Shown: positions 18,819 through 29,345, counted from the first letter of the stretch. The stretch: DNA of 64,000 nucleotides from Candidatus Terraquivivens tengchongensis (GCA_023261845.1 JALNJZ010000001.1:96001-160000), one strand, 5' to 3'. Notes: generated by a model not told the origin, from the sequence alone. A program made the numbers and translations.

Positions 18819-19358
18819 CTATTCTTTAGCACTGATATCCTTCAGCATTGCACATATTTCCCGCTTCTTATCTTCTGTAACATCTACAGAAACCACACCG
18901 ATGCCTGGTTGACCGTATACGACCATGGAGCCCAGTGGAGCCAACATGATTGCAGGAAGTGTTAGCAGGTCTTCTTCGCCGTCAACATAGACTATGGTCC
19001 TCTTCCCAGAACGTATCGCTTCCTTCAAAGCGTTCACCGCCTCTATGGATATCGTCCCTGCAGGATTCTTCGTAAAAATCTGCAAAGCAATATCATCGGC
19101 AAACCTCTCCGAGGTCTTTCTCTCGACCTTTCCGTCAACTACGTAAACATCCGCATGGACTCCAGACTTACTTAGCTCCCTCGCGGAGAAGTCGCCGACA
19201 ACTATCAGCATCGCGGGCTTCCTTTTCCGTATATGTTTGATGAGCCTTTCCGTCGTTCCGGGCGGCTTACCCTCGAAAAGCTTGCCCAGAGGTTTTCTAA
19301 CCTTCTCCTTGTCCTCCTCGCTAAAAGTTATTTCTTTATCGAATTGATAACCTGACAT
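18819..19358 (-). CDS. GTP-dependent dephospho-CoA kinase (DUF359)
   Basis: VVGDF, VDGKVER, NPAGTI, VDGEEDLL, YGQPGIG. Confidence 0.9.
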   Translation of the reverse strand: MSGYQFDKEITFSEEDKEKVRKPLGKLFEGKPPGTTERLIKHIRKRKPAMLIVVGDFSARELSKSGVHADVYVVDGKVERKTSERFADDIALQIFTKNPAGTISIEAVNALKEAIRSGKRTIVYVDGEEDLLTLPAIMLAPLGSMVVYGQPGIGVVSVDVTEDKKREICAMLKDISAKE

Positions 19359-19497
19359 TTCGTCATGGGCACCAGGACAGAATCATTTTTAACACATCTG
19401 TCTGAACTCAGACATTCACGAAAATAAAGCTTTTCATTACACTATCGCATGATGATTATCAAAAATTCGATCTGAAAAGGAGCATTGACCTACACTG

Positions 19498-20046
19498 TCA
19501 AACAGTTGTCGCACCTTCTTTAGCGTGTTTAACACCTTCCATGAAAGCCCTCTCGTTAAGCTCTAGAGCTTTCGGGAACTTCCTCCTTATCACGTTAAGC
19601 AAAGACTCGCGCCTCACGATGTCAGTAACTTCTGAGAGCGCTCCGAGCATCACTATATTGGCGATTACTCTCCTTCCGAGTTGCTCAGCTATCTTGGTTG
19701 CAGGAAGGCCCACCATCTTTATTCCTCCAATCTTAGACACGTTCACAAGCTCGCTGTCGTATATGAGTAACTTTTTTGGTACTCTGCCTTCCTTCCAACT
19801 TCTGTCCAACCCTTCCTGCGACATGGTGACCAGCACGTCGGGCTTTGTAACCAGCGGAAAATCTATTGGTTCATCAGATATCACAACATCCGCCCTCGAC
19901 CAACCACCGACTTGTTCCGGCCCGTAGGCTATAGTCAACGTGGCATCCTTTCCTTCCTCTAAGACCGCGGCCTCGCTGAGTATCTGTCCGCCCCTAATTA
20001 TGCCCTGACCACCAGAACCGAACAGACTTATGTCCCACCTAACCAT
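19498..20046 (-). CDS. korC: 2-oxoacid (probably 2-oxoglutarate):ferredoxin oxidoreductase gamma subunit
   Basis: GSGGQG, YGPEQVGG, ANIVMLGA. Confidence 0.88.
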   Translation of the reverse strand: MVRWDISLFGSGGQGIIRGGQILSEAAVLEEGKDATLTIAYGPEQVGGWSRADVVISDEPIDFPLVTKPDVLVTMSQEGLDRSWKEGRVPKKLLIYDSELVNVSKIGGIKMVGLPATKIAEQLGRRVIANIVMLGALSEVTDIVRRESLLNVIRRKFPKALELNERAFMEGVKHAKEGATTV

Positions 20047-20899
20047 GCAACTTCCTCTCCCTCATAGCATCCTCTATTAATTTTCTCTCCATATCGTTGT
20101 AGGATGGTTTTTCTTTATGGACGAAGTTTCCTACGACTATCGGCTTACCGGACTTCAAGTCTATATCAACAGTCCTAAGGTCTGCCTCATGGTTTACGAC
20201 GCATGTCTTCTTAAAGTACTTCATCATGTCGAGACCCGTTGGGAAGTTGTTATCTTCGCCGTACTGCGTCGGGCACGGTGATAAAACCTCTATGAATGCG
20301 AAGCCATTTATCTTCATGGCCTTGAGTATCGCATCGGTTAGCTGGTGTACATGAAACGTCGTCCACCTCGCGACAAAAGGAGCACCAAGTGAGGCGACCA
20401 AGAGCGGTATGTTAAGCGGATTATCTATCGTACCATAAGGAGCGGACGATGCCTTTGAGCCGAGGGGTGTCGTGGCTCCATACTGCCCACCGGTCATACC
20501 ATAAATGAAGTTGTTGATCAGTATGACGTTGATGTCATGGTTCCTCCTAATAGCATGCATGAAATGGTTTCCGCCTATGGTAACCAAGTCACCATCACCA
20601 GCTATCACGGTTATCTCAAGCTCGGGCTTCACAAGGTTCATGCCTATCGCGAAAGGTATCGCCCTGCCATGCGTAGTATGGTAAGAGTCTATGTTTACGT
20701 AACCCGAAAGTCTGGAGGAGCAACCTATACCAGACACGACCACATGTCTTTCGGGCGGTATGCCGCTCTTTTTTATCGCTTTGATGTAGCACTTCATCAC
20801 AATACCTATTCCGCAACCAGGACACCATATATGCGGCATCCTATCCGTTCTTATCAGCTCATCATCGGGATGCTTTGTAGCTAAAACTTCCTTAGGCAT
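20039..20899 (-). CDS. korB: 2-oxoacid:ferredoxin oxidoreductase beta subunit (TPP binding)
   Basis: WCPGCG, SGIGCS, HTTHGRA, GDGD...NNFIYGMTGGQ. Confidence 0.92.
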   Translation of the reverse strand: MPKEVLATKHPDDELIRTDRMPHIWCPGCGIGIVMKCYIKAIKKSGIPPERHVVVSGIGCSSRLSGYVNIDSYHTTHGRAIPFAIGMNLVKPELEITVIAGDGDLVTIGGNHFMHAIRRNHDINVILINNFIYGMTGGQYGATTPLGSKASSAPYGTIDNPLNIPLLVASLGAPFVARWTTFHVHQLTDAILKAMKINGFAFIEVLSPCPTQYGEDNNFPTGLDMMKYFKKTCVVNHEADLRTVDIDLKSGKPIVVGNFVHKEKPSYNDMERKLIEDAMRERKLHG

Positions 20900-20903
20900 A
20901 CCA

Positions 20904-22052
20904 TCACCTCGACACATACCTGATCGTATCGAGTATGACGTCTGGTGTCGGCACCGCGCCAGGAGCCCAACTTAAACCCACGACGAGGCACTCAGCAACC
21001 TCCCTTACTGGATGAATTATCTGACCCATGTTTATCTCTGGAACTACGATTACCTTAGCCTGCTCGCTTACCTTCTTGACGATTTCATCCGGAAACGGCC
21101 ATAGCGTTATTAGTCTCAGCATACCAGCTTTAATGCCTTCAGACCTTGCAATCTTCACTGCTTGATACGATGACCTTGATGTTATACCATACGATATCAA
21201 CACGATGTCTGCATCCTCTAACATGAAATGCTCCACTTCCCATATCTTCTTTGCGTTGTTCCTGACTTTCGATACTAGATGCTTTACGCACCATGTCGAG
21301 ACTTCATGCGTGTAGTATGGGTAACCTCTCTCGTCATGGGTCAAACCAGTTACATGCACCCTATATCCCATACCGGCCAGCGCCATAGGCGGCACTTCAT
21401 ACCTCGCGTCAAACGGCTTGAAGTCTGGAATGTTTGGCGGAACGCAGGGTAGCTTCCTGTTCACTATCTTTATCTCATCATGTGGAGGTACGGTCAAAGA
21501 GCCGTACATATGGCTTATAACTTGGTCGGCCAATAGGACAACCGGTTGCCTGTATTCTTCCGACGCGTTAAAGGCCTTTATCGTGAGGTCAAACATTTCT
21601 TGGACGTTGTTTGGAGCGTATACTATGGCTTCGTAGTCCCCGTGCGAGCCCCATCTGGCCTGCATAACATCTCCCTGTCCAACCAGTGTCGGTATACCAG
21701 TGCTCGGACCTCCTCTCTGAACGTTCACGATGACGCACGGCGTTTCTGTCATCATACCAAATCCTATGCCCTCTTGCATTAGTGAAAAACCGGGGCCAGA
21801 TGTGGCTGTCATAGATTTTACGCCAGCGTTCGAAGCCCCTAGGACCGCCATAATGCTGGCTATTTCGTCTTCCATCTGTATAAAGTGGCCGCCCACTTGT
21901 GGAAGCCTATAGCTCATCCACTGTAAAATCTCGCTGGAGGGCGTTATCGGATATCCAGCAAAGAATCTACAACCCGCTATTAAGGCCGCTTCAACACAAG
22001 CAACATTTCCCTGCATGAAATACTTCCCTGGGGGGATTAGACCTTCCGTCAT
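20904..22052 (-). CDS. korA: 2-oxoacid:ferredoxin oxidoreductase alpha subunit
   Basis: [29 protein letters not shown]. Confidence 0.92.
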   Translation of the reverse strand: MTEGLIPPGKYFMQGNVACVEAALIAGCRFFAGYPITPSSEILQWMSYRLPQVGGHFIQMEDEIASIMAVLGASNAGVKSMTATSGPGFSLMQEGIGFGMMTETPCVIVNVQRGGPSTGIPTLVGQGDVMQARWGSHGDYEAIVYAPNNVQEMFDLTIKAFNASEEYRQPVVLLADQVISHMYGSLTVPPHDEIKIVNRKLPCVPPNIPDFKPFDARYEVPPMALAGMGYRVHVTGLTHDERGYPYYTHEVSTWCVKHLVSKVRNNAKKIWEVEHFMLEDADIVLISYGITSRSSYQAVKIARSEGIKAGMLRLITLWPFPDEIVKKVSEQAKVIVVPEINMGQIIHPVREVAECLVVGLSWAPGAVPTPDVILDTIRYVSR

Positions 22053-22333
22053 TCGTCAACCTCCTTTACGAATATCGCAAAATCTGGACAAATCAGCTCG
22101 CATATTCCGCAAGCTACGCATGAATCTTCTTTACCGGGTTTGACCCTCGGATAATGAAACCCCTTGTAATTTATCCTATCCGATTTTTCTAAAACGGAGT
22201 GTGGACAGAATTCTATACAATACATACATTCCTTACATCTATCCGGTATGATATGGACAATGCCCTTCGGCCTCTTGGAGGCCTTACTTAAGACCTCATG
22301 CTCTAAAACCGGACGTTGCTGGGGTTCACCCAA
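22049..22333 (-). CDS. korD: 2-oxoacid:ferredoxin oxidoreductase delta subunit (2x[4Fe-4S])
   Basis: [12 protein letters not shown] and [12 protein letters not shown]. Confidence 0.9.
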   Translation of the reverse strand: MGEPQQRPVLEHEVLSKASKRPKGIVHIIPDRCKECMYCIEFCPHSVLEKSDRINYKGFHYPRVKPGKEDSCVACGICELICPDFAIFVKEVDE

Positions 22334-22440
22334 AATACCCTACCCAACAATCGGGTATCTCAGAAGTAAAATATAATTTTATTTGTCAAATATACAATTT
22401 TAAGCTTATATTATACAATATACAACATAGATGTAGACCT

Positions 22441-23448
22441 GTGTTGAAGAAAACCAACGCACTTAAAGGGCTCGTTGTCCTTCTTGAGAGCTTTCCCCCC
22501 CTTGAATGGAACGAGAACATATACACCCATAATCCGCCCTTCACGTTATTCAAGGCAAACAACTCAATAATCCTTAGCGTAGATCCGCTTTGCGACCCGA
22601 CCGTAGAGTACGCGCTAAACAACGCTGGCGTGAAGCTTAGTCGAGGCAACTCTTACTTTTTACTAGCGTCATCTGCCCAAAAAACCCTCACGATGTTTGA
22701 CTGGTTTGTAAGGCGTAGCTGGCACAAAGCAGAGTATGCCGTAACTTGGTCCATGCTAAATTTGTTGAAAGATGCACCAGAATGTCGCTTAAACGTTGAA
22801 CAAGTATGCGAGCGGAGCGGGCTCGACCGGGAAATATGTATCAAGACCCTCAGATTATTCGATATTAATGTAGAAAACGAAAATTCTATCATCGTATCGA
22901 GAGAAAAAATCCTATCACTCATCGAAGAATTAGTACGTATGCTACCAAGCTGGATCGAAGAGAACGTTATGGATTTCATATGTTCTAACGTAAACGTTTC
23001 CGCAGGGGACGTTCATTCCCATCTATCGTACTATGGCCTAAGTCCGAGCATGACGTATAAGATATTGAGAAAGCTAAAGTCCGAGGGTTGTATTAAGGTA
23101 ATGAGGCATGTAAGGGTGAAGCCAAGGGGACCAATGCGTGAGCTGATGTCCTCTGATTGTAGGAACTGCTTCTTTGGTTACTCATCCTCTGTCAATTGCT
23201 TCAAGGCAGGTTTCCACCAACTTGAGAGATTGGTGGAAAGGTTGATGGGCAGACCAATGAAGATGCATGAGGTTGAAGCGCTCCATCAAGAAATCAGTAA
23301 GCTGCCTTTCAGCGAAAAAACGTTGAGGTCTGTTAATAAAGCTCTAGTGCTTGCGCTACAGTTCTCGGAGATGTCAAAGGAAAAAGGTGTCGCGACTGTT
23401 CTTCATAAAATGGGTGCAACTCTAGACTTTAAAATACTTAACATATAG
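22441..23448 (+). CDS. Hypothetical protein with two predicted winged-HTH segments and a CxxC-x9-C motif
   Basis: VEQVCERSGLDREICIKTL; GLSPSMTYKILRKLKSEG...RGPMR; DCRNCFFGYSSSVNC. Confidence 0.6.
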   Translation: MLKKTNALKGLVVLLESFPPLEWNENIYTHNPPFTLFKANNSIILSVDPLCDPTVEYALNNAGVKLSRGNSYFLLASSAQKTLTMFDWFVRRSWHKAEYAVTWSMLNLLKDAPECRLNVEQVCERSGLDREICIKTLRLFDINVENENSIIVSREKILSLIEELVRMLPSWIEENVMDFICSNVNVSAGDVHSHLSYYGLSPSMTYKILRKLKSEGCIKVMRHVRVKPRGPMRELMSSDCRNCFFGYSSSVNCFKAGFHQLERLVERLMGRPMKMHEVEALHQEISKLPFSEKTLRSVNKALVLALQFSEMSKEKGVATVLHKMGATLDFKILNI

Positions 23449-23507
23449 TTTCAACATGAGATAAATATGCACCAAATATTTTTAAGGAAACACTACGCAA
23501 CTAGATA

Positions 23508-23816
23508 TTGATGAGTGCTTTGAGTGAGTGTTGTAAAGATTGTAACTATTGGTTACCTCTTGACGTTTTACCGATGATTGGAGAATGCCGCAACATAAAA
23601 AGCAGGAACTTCGGTAAAGTTGCCTTTCAAGATGATGTTCCTTGCGAATGTTTTGTAGAAAGATGCTTCAGCGGGACGGAGTTCTACTGGTGCAAAGATT
23701 GTCAAACAACAGTTTATTATGAAGATTTAAAAATGCACAAAGGACATAAGGTATTTATTGAAACCTCAACATTACCTATTGAAGATATAGTGGAGTATAC
23801 GTTTGCAGGCGATTGA
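23508..23816 (+). CDS. Cys/His-rich putative metal-binding protein heading the por operon
   Basis: CKDCNYW...GEC...CECF...WCKDC...HKGH. Confidence 0.7.
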   Translation: MMSALSECCKDCNYWLPLDVLPMIGECRNIKSRNFGKVAFQDDVPCECFVERCFSGTEFYWCKDCQTTVYYEDLKMHKGHKVFIETSTLPIEDIVEYTFAGD

Positions 23817-24381
23817 ATTGAAAAAGTTAGTGGAGGTAAGATTCCACGGGAGAGGCGGCCAAGGTGTTGTAACGGCCGCAAGGCTTTTGGCTGAGGCTTG
23901 TCTTTTAGAAAACAAATACTCGCTCTCGTTCCCTGAGTTTGGTCCTGAACGTTCTGGCGCTCCCGTAAGGGCCTACGTCAGAATATCCGACGAACCCATA
24001 GAAGTTAGGTCTTTAGTCTATGACCCGGAGATAGTTGTGTCAATAGACCCGAAATTATCCTCTTCTGTTGAAATACTCGCTGGGCTGGATGATGAGGGGG
24101 TCGTTATAATAAACTCGAAGAACGTTGAGGAGGCCCTCTTAAAAGCCATATCCTCTAAACCACGGGCGAAGTTATTCTACGTGGACGCGAGAGGCATAGC
24201 GCTATCCTTAGGTGACGCAAGATTCGAAAACTCGGCGATCTTGGGAGCTTTCGCTAAAGCTACAGGGATCGTATCATTAACTTCGCTGGAATCCGTACTA
24301 AGAACAAGGTTCAAGGGGGCCGTTCTTGAGAATAACCTTAAAGCGATGCGCTTAGGATATGATAAGGTGGGACAGGCCTAA
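23803..24381 (+). CDS. porG: Pyruvate/ketoisovalerate:ferredoxin oxidoreductase gamma subunit
   Basis: HGRGGQGVVTA, FGPERSGAPV; true start may be TTG 23818. Confidence 0.92.
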   Translation: MQAIELKKLVEVRFHGRGGQGVVTAARLLAEACLLENKYSLSFPEFGPERSGAPVRAYVRISDEPIEVRSLVYDPEIVVSIDPKLSSSVEILAGLDDEGVVIINSKNVEEALLKAISSKPRAKLFYVDARGIALSLGDARFENSAILGAFAKATGIVSLTSLESVLRTRFKGAVLENNLKAMRLGYDKVGQA

Positions 24382-24653
24382 TGGCAAAGGTTGAAAGTAG
24401 CATACTTCCCGGCGGCATTATAAGCAGGCCGGGTTCCACAAGCGATTATAAAACAGGAACCTGGAGGGTTAAGAAGCCAGTAGTGGACTTAGACAGGTGC
24501 ACGGGCTGCCTTTTATGCTGGATATACTGCCCTGAGCCGGCCATTCAAAAAAGAAATGACGGTAAGATTGAATTTGATTACGATTACTGCAAGGGTTGCG
24601 GCATATGTTCCGTTGAATGTCCCTCTAAAGCCATAAAAATGGCGGAGGAGTGA
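24381..24653 (+). CDS. porD: Pyruvate:ferredoxin oxidoreductase delta subunit
   Basis: KTGTWR, CTGCLLCWIYCPE, DYDYCKGCGICSVECP. Confidence 0.93.
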   Translation: MAKVESSILPGGIISRPGSTSDYKTGTWRVKKPVVDLDRCTGCLLCWIYCPEPAIQKRNDGKIEFDYDYCKGCGICSVECPSKAIKMAEE

Positions 24654-24659
24654 GAGGGG

Positions 24660-25856
24660 ATGTCGCTTCTTCAACCCAAGACTCTTAAGCCGATGTCAAC
24701 TTCAGAGGCGATTGCGTATGCTGTTAAACAGGCAAACGTTGACGTCATAGCCGCCTACCCGATCACACCACAGACGATAATAGTCGAGCGACTCAGCGAG
24801 TACGTTAACAATGGTGAGCTTGACGCTGAGTACATTGCCGTCGAATCAGAACACTCAGCCATGTCTGCGTGCGTAGCAGCAAGCCTCACCGGCGCTAGGG
24901 TTTTCACCTCAACCGCCAGCCAAGGGCTTGCACTCATGCATGAGGTTCTCTATATCGCTTCTAGTTTAAGGTGTCCGATAGTCATGGCTATTGCGAATAG
25001 AGCATTATCCGCGCCCATAAACATCCACTGCGACCACTCCGATATGATGGGCTCGAGGGATGCTGGATGGATACAAATATTTGTAGAGAACGGTCAGCAG
25101 GCATACGATAGAATCTTCCAAGCCTTTAAGCTAGCAGAAGATGAGGACATACTTCTTCCAGTCGGAGTGAACCTTGACGGTTTCTTCCTATCGCATGCGG
25201 TAGAGGGTATCGCGACTATATCGGACAGCGAGGCAGCGATGTTCCTTCCACCAAGAAAAGCAAAGTATTATATTGATTCCTCGATGCCCATGACGTTTGG
25301 TGCTTTCGCACTACCGGATTGGTACTTTGAGATAAAACATCAAGTAGTAGAGGCAATGGAGAAAGTTCCGAAGAAGCTGGCAGAGATAGAAGAGATCTAT
25401 TATAAAATGACTGGTAGAAGATACGGTCATGTTGGCGCCTATAAGACATATGACGCTGAAGTTTGCTTAATATGTGCAGGTTCAGCGGCTGCCACAGCAA
25501 AGTTTGCCGTAACAAACTTGAGGGAGAAGGGTATTAAGGCAGGACTTCTAAGCATTAGACTCTTCAGACCCTTCCCTGCCGAGAGCATACTTCCACATAT
25601 TAAGGACGTGAAGGCTTTAGTTGTGATGGATAGGGCAATGAGTCCAGGTGCACCATCTGCACCAATAGGCCAAGACATAAAAACCGTACTATATGATGCT
25701 GGTCTTAACATACCAGTCGCAAATTATGTTTACGGGCTTGGAGGCAGGGACATCTCGGTCGCAGAGTTTGAGAATATAATCACGAAGATTATTGAAGACT
25801 TGAAGGCGGGAAGGCCTATAGAGAGAGGCGTAAGATATTGGGGGTTGAGAATCTAA
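24660..25856 (+). CDS. porA: Pyruvate:ferredoxin oxidoreductase alpha subunit
   Basis: YPITPQT, ESEHSAMS, TASQGLALMHE, GLGGRD. Confidence 0.93.
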   Translation: MSLLQPKTLKPMSTSEAIAYAVKQANVDVIAAYPITPQTIIVERLSEYVNNGELDAEYIAVESEHSAMSACVAASLTGARVFTSTASQGLALMHEVLYIASSLRCPIVMAIANRALSAPINIHCDHSDMMGSRDAGWIQIFVENGQQAYDRIFQAFKLAEDEDILLPVGVNLDGFFLSHAVEGIATISDSEAAMFLPPRKAKYYIDSSMPMTFGAFALPDWYFEIKHQVVEAMEKVPKKLAEIEEIYYKMTGRRYGHVGAYKTYDAEVCLICAGSAAATAKFAVTNLREKGIKAGLLSIRLFRPFPAESILPHIKDVKALVVMDRAMSPGAPSAPIGQDIKTVLYDAGLNIPVANYVYGLGGRDISVAEFENIITKIIEDLKAGRPIERGVRYWGLRI

Positions 25857-26791
25857 TGTTGGTGGGCGAAGTTAAATCAATAAAGGAACTTTATGGCTTA
25901 GACCTAATAGCTCCAGGTCATAGAGCTTGTGCTGGCTGTGGCGCTCTAGTAGGTGTAAGGCAGATCTTGATGGCTTCTAAGAGGCCTCTCATCGTGGTGA
26001 ATGCCACGAGTTGTCTAGAAGTAACCAGTACACCATACCCGCAGACGATGTGGAAGGTTCCATGGGTCCATCTATTGTTCGAGAACGCGGCTACCGCAGC
26101 GTCCGGTATAGAGGCCGCACTAAAGGTCCTTTCTAGAAAATACGGCCGCCAAGAGCACTACATCATAGCCTTTGGTGGCGATGGTGGTACATTTGACATA
26201 GGCATACAGGCACTCTCTGGAGCACTCGAGAGGGGCCATAGATTCCTCTACGTGTGTTATGACAACGAAGCATACATGAACACAGGCATACAGAGGTCTG
26301 GCGCAACACCATTAGGAGCTGCCACAACTACATCGCCAGTAGGTACAAAAATTGTAGGAAAGACTCAGCAAAAGAAGGACTTATTGGAGATCGTCGTGGC
26401 TCATAGGATACCATATGCTGCTGCAGCCTCACCTTCACACTGGAAAGATCTTGTAAACAAAGTGAGGAAGGCGCAGAGCTACGATGGACCGTCCTTCATA
26501 CATCTCATAGCACCATGCACGAGAGGGTGGTACTTCGATACAAGCGAGGCGATAAAGGTAGCAAGGCTGGCAGTCGAGACGAGATACTGGCCGCTCTACG
26601 AAGTGGAGAATGGAAGGTACAGAATAACCCATCCAGTTCCGAATCCTAAGCCTTTGGAGGAATTCTTAAAGGTGCAAAGGAGGCTTAGCCATCTACTATT
26701 GCCGGAGAATGCTGAAGTACTTGAGAGGCTAAAGGCTTACGTAAACGAAAGATGGGAGAGGCTCCAGAGGCTCTCCGCCTGCTTCGCCTAA
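25856..26791 (+). CDS. porB: Pyruvate:ferredoxin oxidoreductase beta subunit
   Basis: GHRACAGCG, GGDGGTFDIG, DNEAYMNTGIQRS. Confidence 0.93.
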   Translation: MLVGEVKSIKELYGLDLIAPGHRACAGCGALVGVRQILMASKRPLIVVNATSCLEVTSTPYPQTMWKVPWVHLLFENAATAASGIEAALKVLSRKYGRQEHYIIAFGGDGGTFDIGIQALSGALERGHRFLYVCYDNEAYMNTGIQRSGATPLGAATTTSPVGTKIVGKTQQKKDLLEIVVAHRIPYAAAASPSHWKDLVNKVRKAQSYDGPSFIHLIAPCTRGWYFDTSEAIKVARLAVETRYWPLYEVENGRYRITHPVPNPKPLEEFLKVQRRLSHLLLPENAEVLERLKAYVNERWERLQRLSACFA

Positions 26792-26918
26792 CATTCCAAC
26801 AATACCAGACGTGCAAAAGTCAGGTTATCGCTAGCATTGAGTTTAATATTTTTTACAGTCGAGGCTTTTTCAATAATCATTACATCTTTTGAGAGGCAAG
26901 ACAGGGACATGCTTCATG

Positions 26919-27884
26919 TTACTTCTCTATTAACTTGCCCCAGTCTGACTTTCTCAGAGGACGTCCCCTTAGCTGTTGTATGTAGTTGTAAGCTGAAAGA
27001 GCTGCGATGGCACCCTGGGCGGCCGATATCACCGCCTGTTTATAGAGCATATCGGTAACGTCACCCGCCGCAAAGACTCCTGGCCTGCTCGTCATCCCAA
27101 GCTTGTCCGTGATTATCTCACCGTTCTCGTTCAGCTGGACGAATCCCTTCACCCAATCCGTTTTTGCCGTGTAGCCCATCTCAACAAATACGCCATCAAC
27201 CTCTAGCTCGCTCTCTTCATTTGTCTTAATGTTTTTCAGCCTTATCGACCTAACCTTTGTGTCACCCTTTATCTCCAAAACTACACTATTCGGCACGTAG
27301 ATCACGTTCATCTCGCTAGAATCCTTTATCAACTCCTCGTCTGTGAGCTTTGCCTCGCCCCTATGGATTATGTAAACCTTGTTACCGTAAGCTCGTAAAA
27401 GCTTCACGGCTTTGAAAGTATGGTCGCCCCAGCCGACGACCGCAACCTTTTTGCCTCTGAACAAAGGAGCGTCACATATCGCGCAGTAAGACACACCCCT
27501 ACCAACGAGCCTATCCTCCCCTGGAACGTCGAGCGACCTTGGTGTCTTCCCGAATGCCAATATGATCGTGAGGGCCTCATAATCTCCGCTAACCTTCGTT
27601 GAGATACGGAAAGTATTGTTTAGTTGGGATATACCGACGGCCTCGTCATAAACGAACTCCGCTCCAAACTCCTCCACCTGCTCTTTTATTGATTGGGCCA
27701 ACTCCAGACCGGCTACAGCCTTTATCCCGGGATAGTTCTCGATTTGCGGGGCAAGGGCCAGCTGCCCTCCTATGTCCTTTGTCACGACCAAGACCTTCAG
27801 GCCCTGCCTTGCTGCATAGAGCGCAGCACTCAGTCCCGCAACGCTTCCACCTACGATTATTGTGTCGTATATTCCTCCGCTCAT
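26919..27884 (-). CDS. trxB: Thioredoxin reductase-like flavoprotein
   Basis: IVGGSVAG FAD motif, IENYPG, GVSYCAICDA redox CxxC, TSRPGVFAAGD. Confidence 0.85.
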   Translation of the reverse strand: MSGGIYDTIIVGGSVAGLSAALYAARQGLKVLVVTKDIGGQLALAPQIENYPGIKAVAGLELAQSIKEQVEEFGAEFVYDEAVGISQLNNTFRISTKVSGDYEALTIILAFGKTPRSLDVPGEDRLVGRGVSYCAICDAPLFRGKKVAVVGWGDHTFKAVKLLRAYGNKVYIIHRGEAKLTDEELIKDSSEMNVIYVPNSVVLEIKGDTKVRSIRLKNIKTNEESELEVDGVFVEMGYTAKTDWVKGFVQLNENGEIITDKLGMTSRPGVFAAGDVTDMLYKQAVISAAQGAIAALSAYNYIQQLRGRPLRKSDWGKLIEK

Positions 27885-28004
27885 GCGATTACGTGATTAA
27901 GGTATGCGTCAAGGGATATAAAAACCCTAATTCGATGGCAAGGAATCCTGGTGCAACCTTAAATCCGCTCTGCCGATATAAACTCGTGGCGTTGGTGGTC
28001 AGGA

Positions 28005-28436
28005 TTGGGCGGGAGCGGCAGAAGGTTCTTGGACCACATGTCCGATGTTTACGTGGAGGCGTACGGACAGACTATGGAAGAAGCCTTCAAAGAGGCTGGG
28101 CTGGCATTGTTTGACGTCATATCGGACACGAAGGACGTTAAGCCCGAGGTGGAGAGGGATGTCTACGCGGAGGGCTTTGACATGTATTCGCTTCTTTACA
28201 ACTGGTTAGAGCAGCTGCTACTTCTGTTCGAGCTGGAAGGCTTATTGGTATCCAACATCGAGGTGCATGCTATAGAGAGGTCCGACGACGTATTCAGGAT
28301 TAGGGCAACTGCGAAGGGCGAGAAGTTTGACCCGTCAAGGCACAAACACGGTATAGGCATAAAGTCCGTCACGTATGCCCTGATGGAGATCGTGGAGGAT
28401 GACGTGAAGAAGGTTAGGTTCGTCTTGGACATATAG
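28005..28436 (+). CDS. Archease
   Basis: FLDHMSD...IKSVTY. Confidence 0.92.
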   Translation: MGGSGRRFLDHMSDVYVEAYGQTMEEAFKEAGLALFDVISDTKDVKPEVERDVYAEGFDMYSLLYNWLEQLLLLFELEGLLVSNIEVHAIERSDDVFRIRATAKGEKFDPSRHKHGIGIKSVTYALMEIVEDDVKKVRFVLDI

Positions 28437-28451
28437 CGAAGGAGAAGCAGT

Positions 28452-29327
28452 ATGTCCACGAGGTTTGAAGAGGTACCGAGAAGGAGGTGTAGGCTCGACG
28501 TCCTACTTCCGTCGAGCTTGACGGCTGAGACACCGCACCTGAGGGAGAAGACCTTTAGGATTGGTCTTGTCGCGAGGTTCCTTGCGACGTTTAGAGTTGA
28601 CAACCTGATAATCTATTACGAGGACCTTGAGCCCGACAAGAACGCGGAGCTCATAAAGGACGTCATGGATTACCTTAACACCGCACCGTACCTTAGGAAG
28701 AGGTTGTTTCCGATCAAGCATTCCCTTAGATACGCAGGTTTGCTTCCGCCCTTGAACATACCGACGCATCCCGAGGCAGACTCTGGGGGCATCTTCCACT
28801 ATCGGGAGGGTCTTGTCGTCTCGCCCGGTAGAGTAGATGCGGGCCTAGGGAAGCTTATCAAAGTGAAAAAGCCGTTAAAGAAGGGCACAAAGGTCGTAGT
28901 TGTTGCGAACTCAAAATCCGGCGAGTTCAAGCTAATCTCCAGGAAGAAGTCGCCAGTGTATGCTGGCTTCAAGACGGCCATAGTGCCCGAAAGGTTGGAC
29001 GAGTTGGTAGCACATTACGACATTAAGATTGCAACGTCCAGGCTGGGCAAGCCATTCCACGAGTTGGCTCAACCACTGTCCTCGAAGCTTTCGACGGCTA
29101 AGAACGTTTGCATAGCTTTCGGCTCGGCTAAGAGAGGCCTATACGACATAGCTAAGCTTCAGAACTTCAACTTGGACGAGGTCTTCGATTTCGTGATTAA
29201 CGTAGTCCCGGAGCAAGGCGTACGGACAATAAGGACCGAGGAGGCAGTCTGTGCGACGCTCGCGACCATCTCCGCGCTAGAGCTTCTTTTCGGACGCCAA
29301 CATCAGTTTATATCCAACCACCCATAG
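28452..29327 (+). CDS. SPOUT RNA methyltransferase (DUF171 family)
   Basis: TAPYLRKRLF, AGLLPPLNIPTH, QGVRTIRTEEA. Confidence 0.9.
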   Translation: MSTRFEEVPRRRCRLDVLLPSSLTAETPHLREKTFRIGLVARFLATFRVDNLIIYYEDLEPDKNAELIKDVMDYLNTAPYLRKRLFPIKHSLRYAGLLPPLNIPTHPEADSGGIFHYREGLVVSPGRVDAGLGKLIKVKKPLKKGTKVVVVANSKSGEFKLISRKKSPVYAGFKTAIVPERLDELVAHYDIKIATSRLGKPFHELAQPLSSKLSTAKNVCIAFGSAKRGLYDIAKLQNFNLDEVFDFVINVVPEQGVRTIRTEEAVCATLATISALELLFGRQHQFISNHP

Positions 29328-29345
29328 CCTAACCTCTGAAGGCGT

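Noticed and set aside
19449-19497. ATGATGA...CTGA C/D-like boxes
   Set aside because: No convincing C' or terminal D box, no terminal stem, and only a partial rRNA complement.
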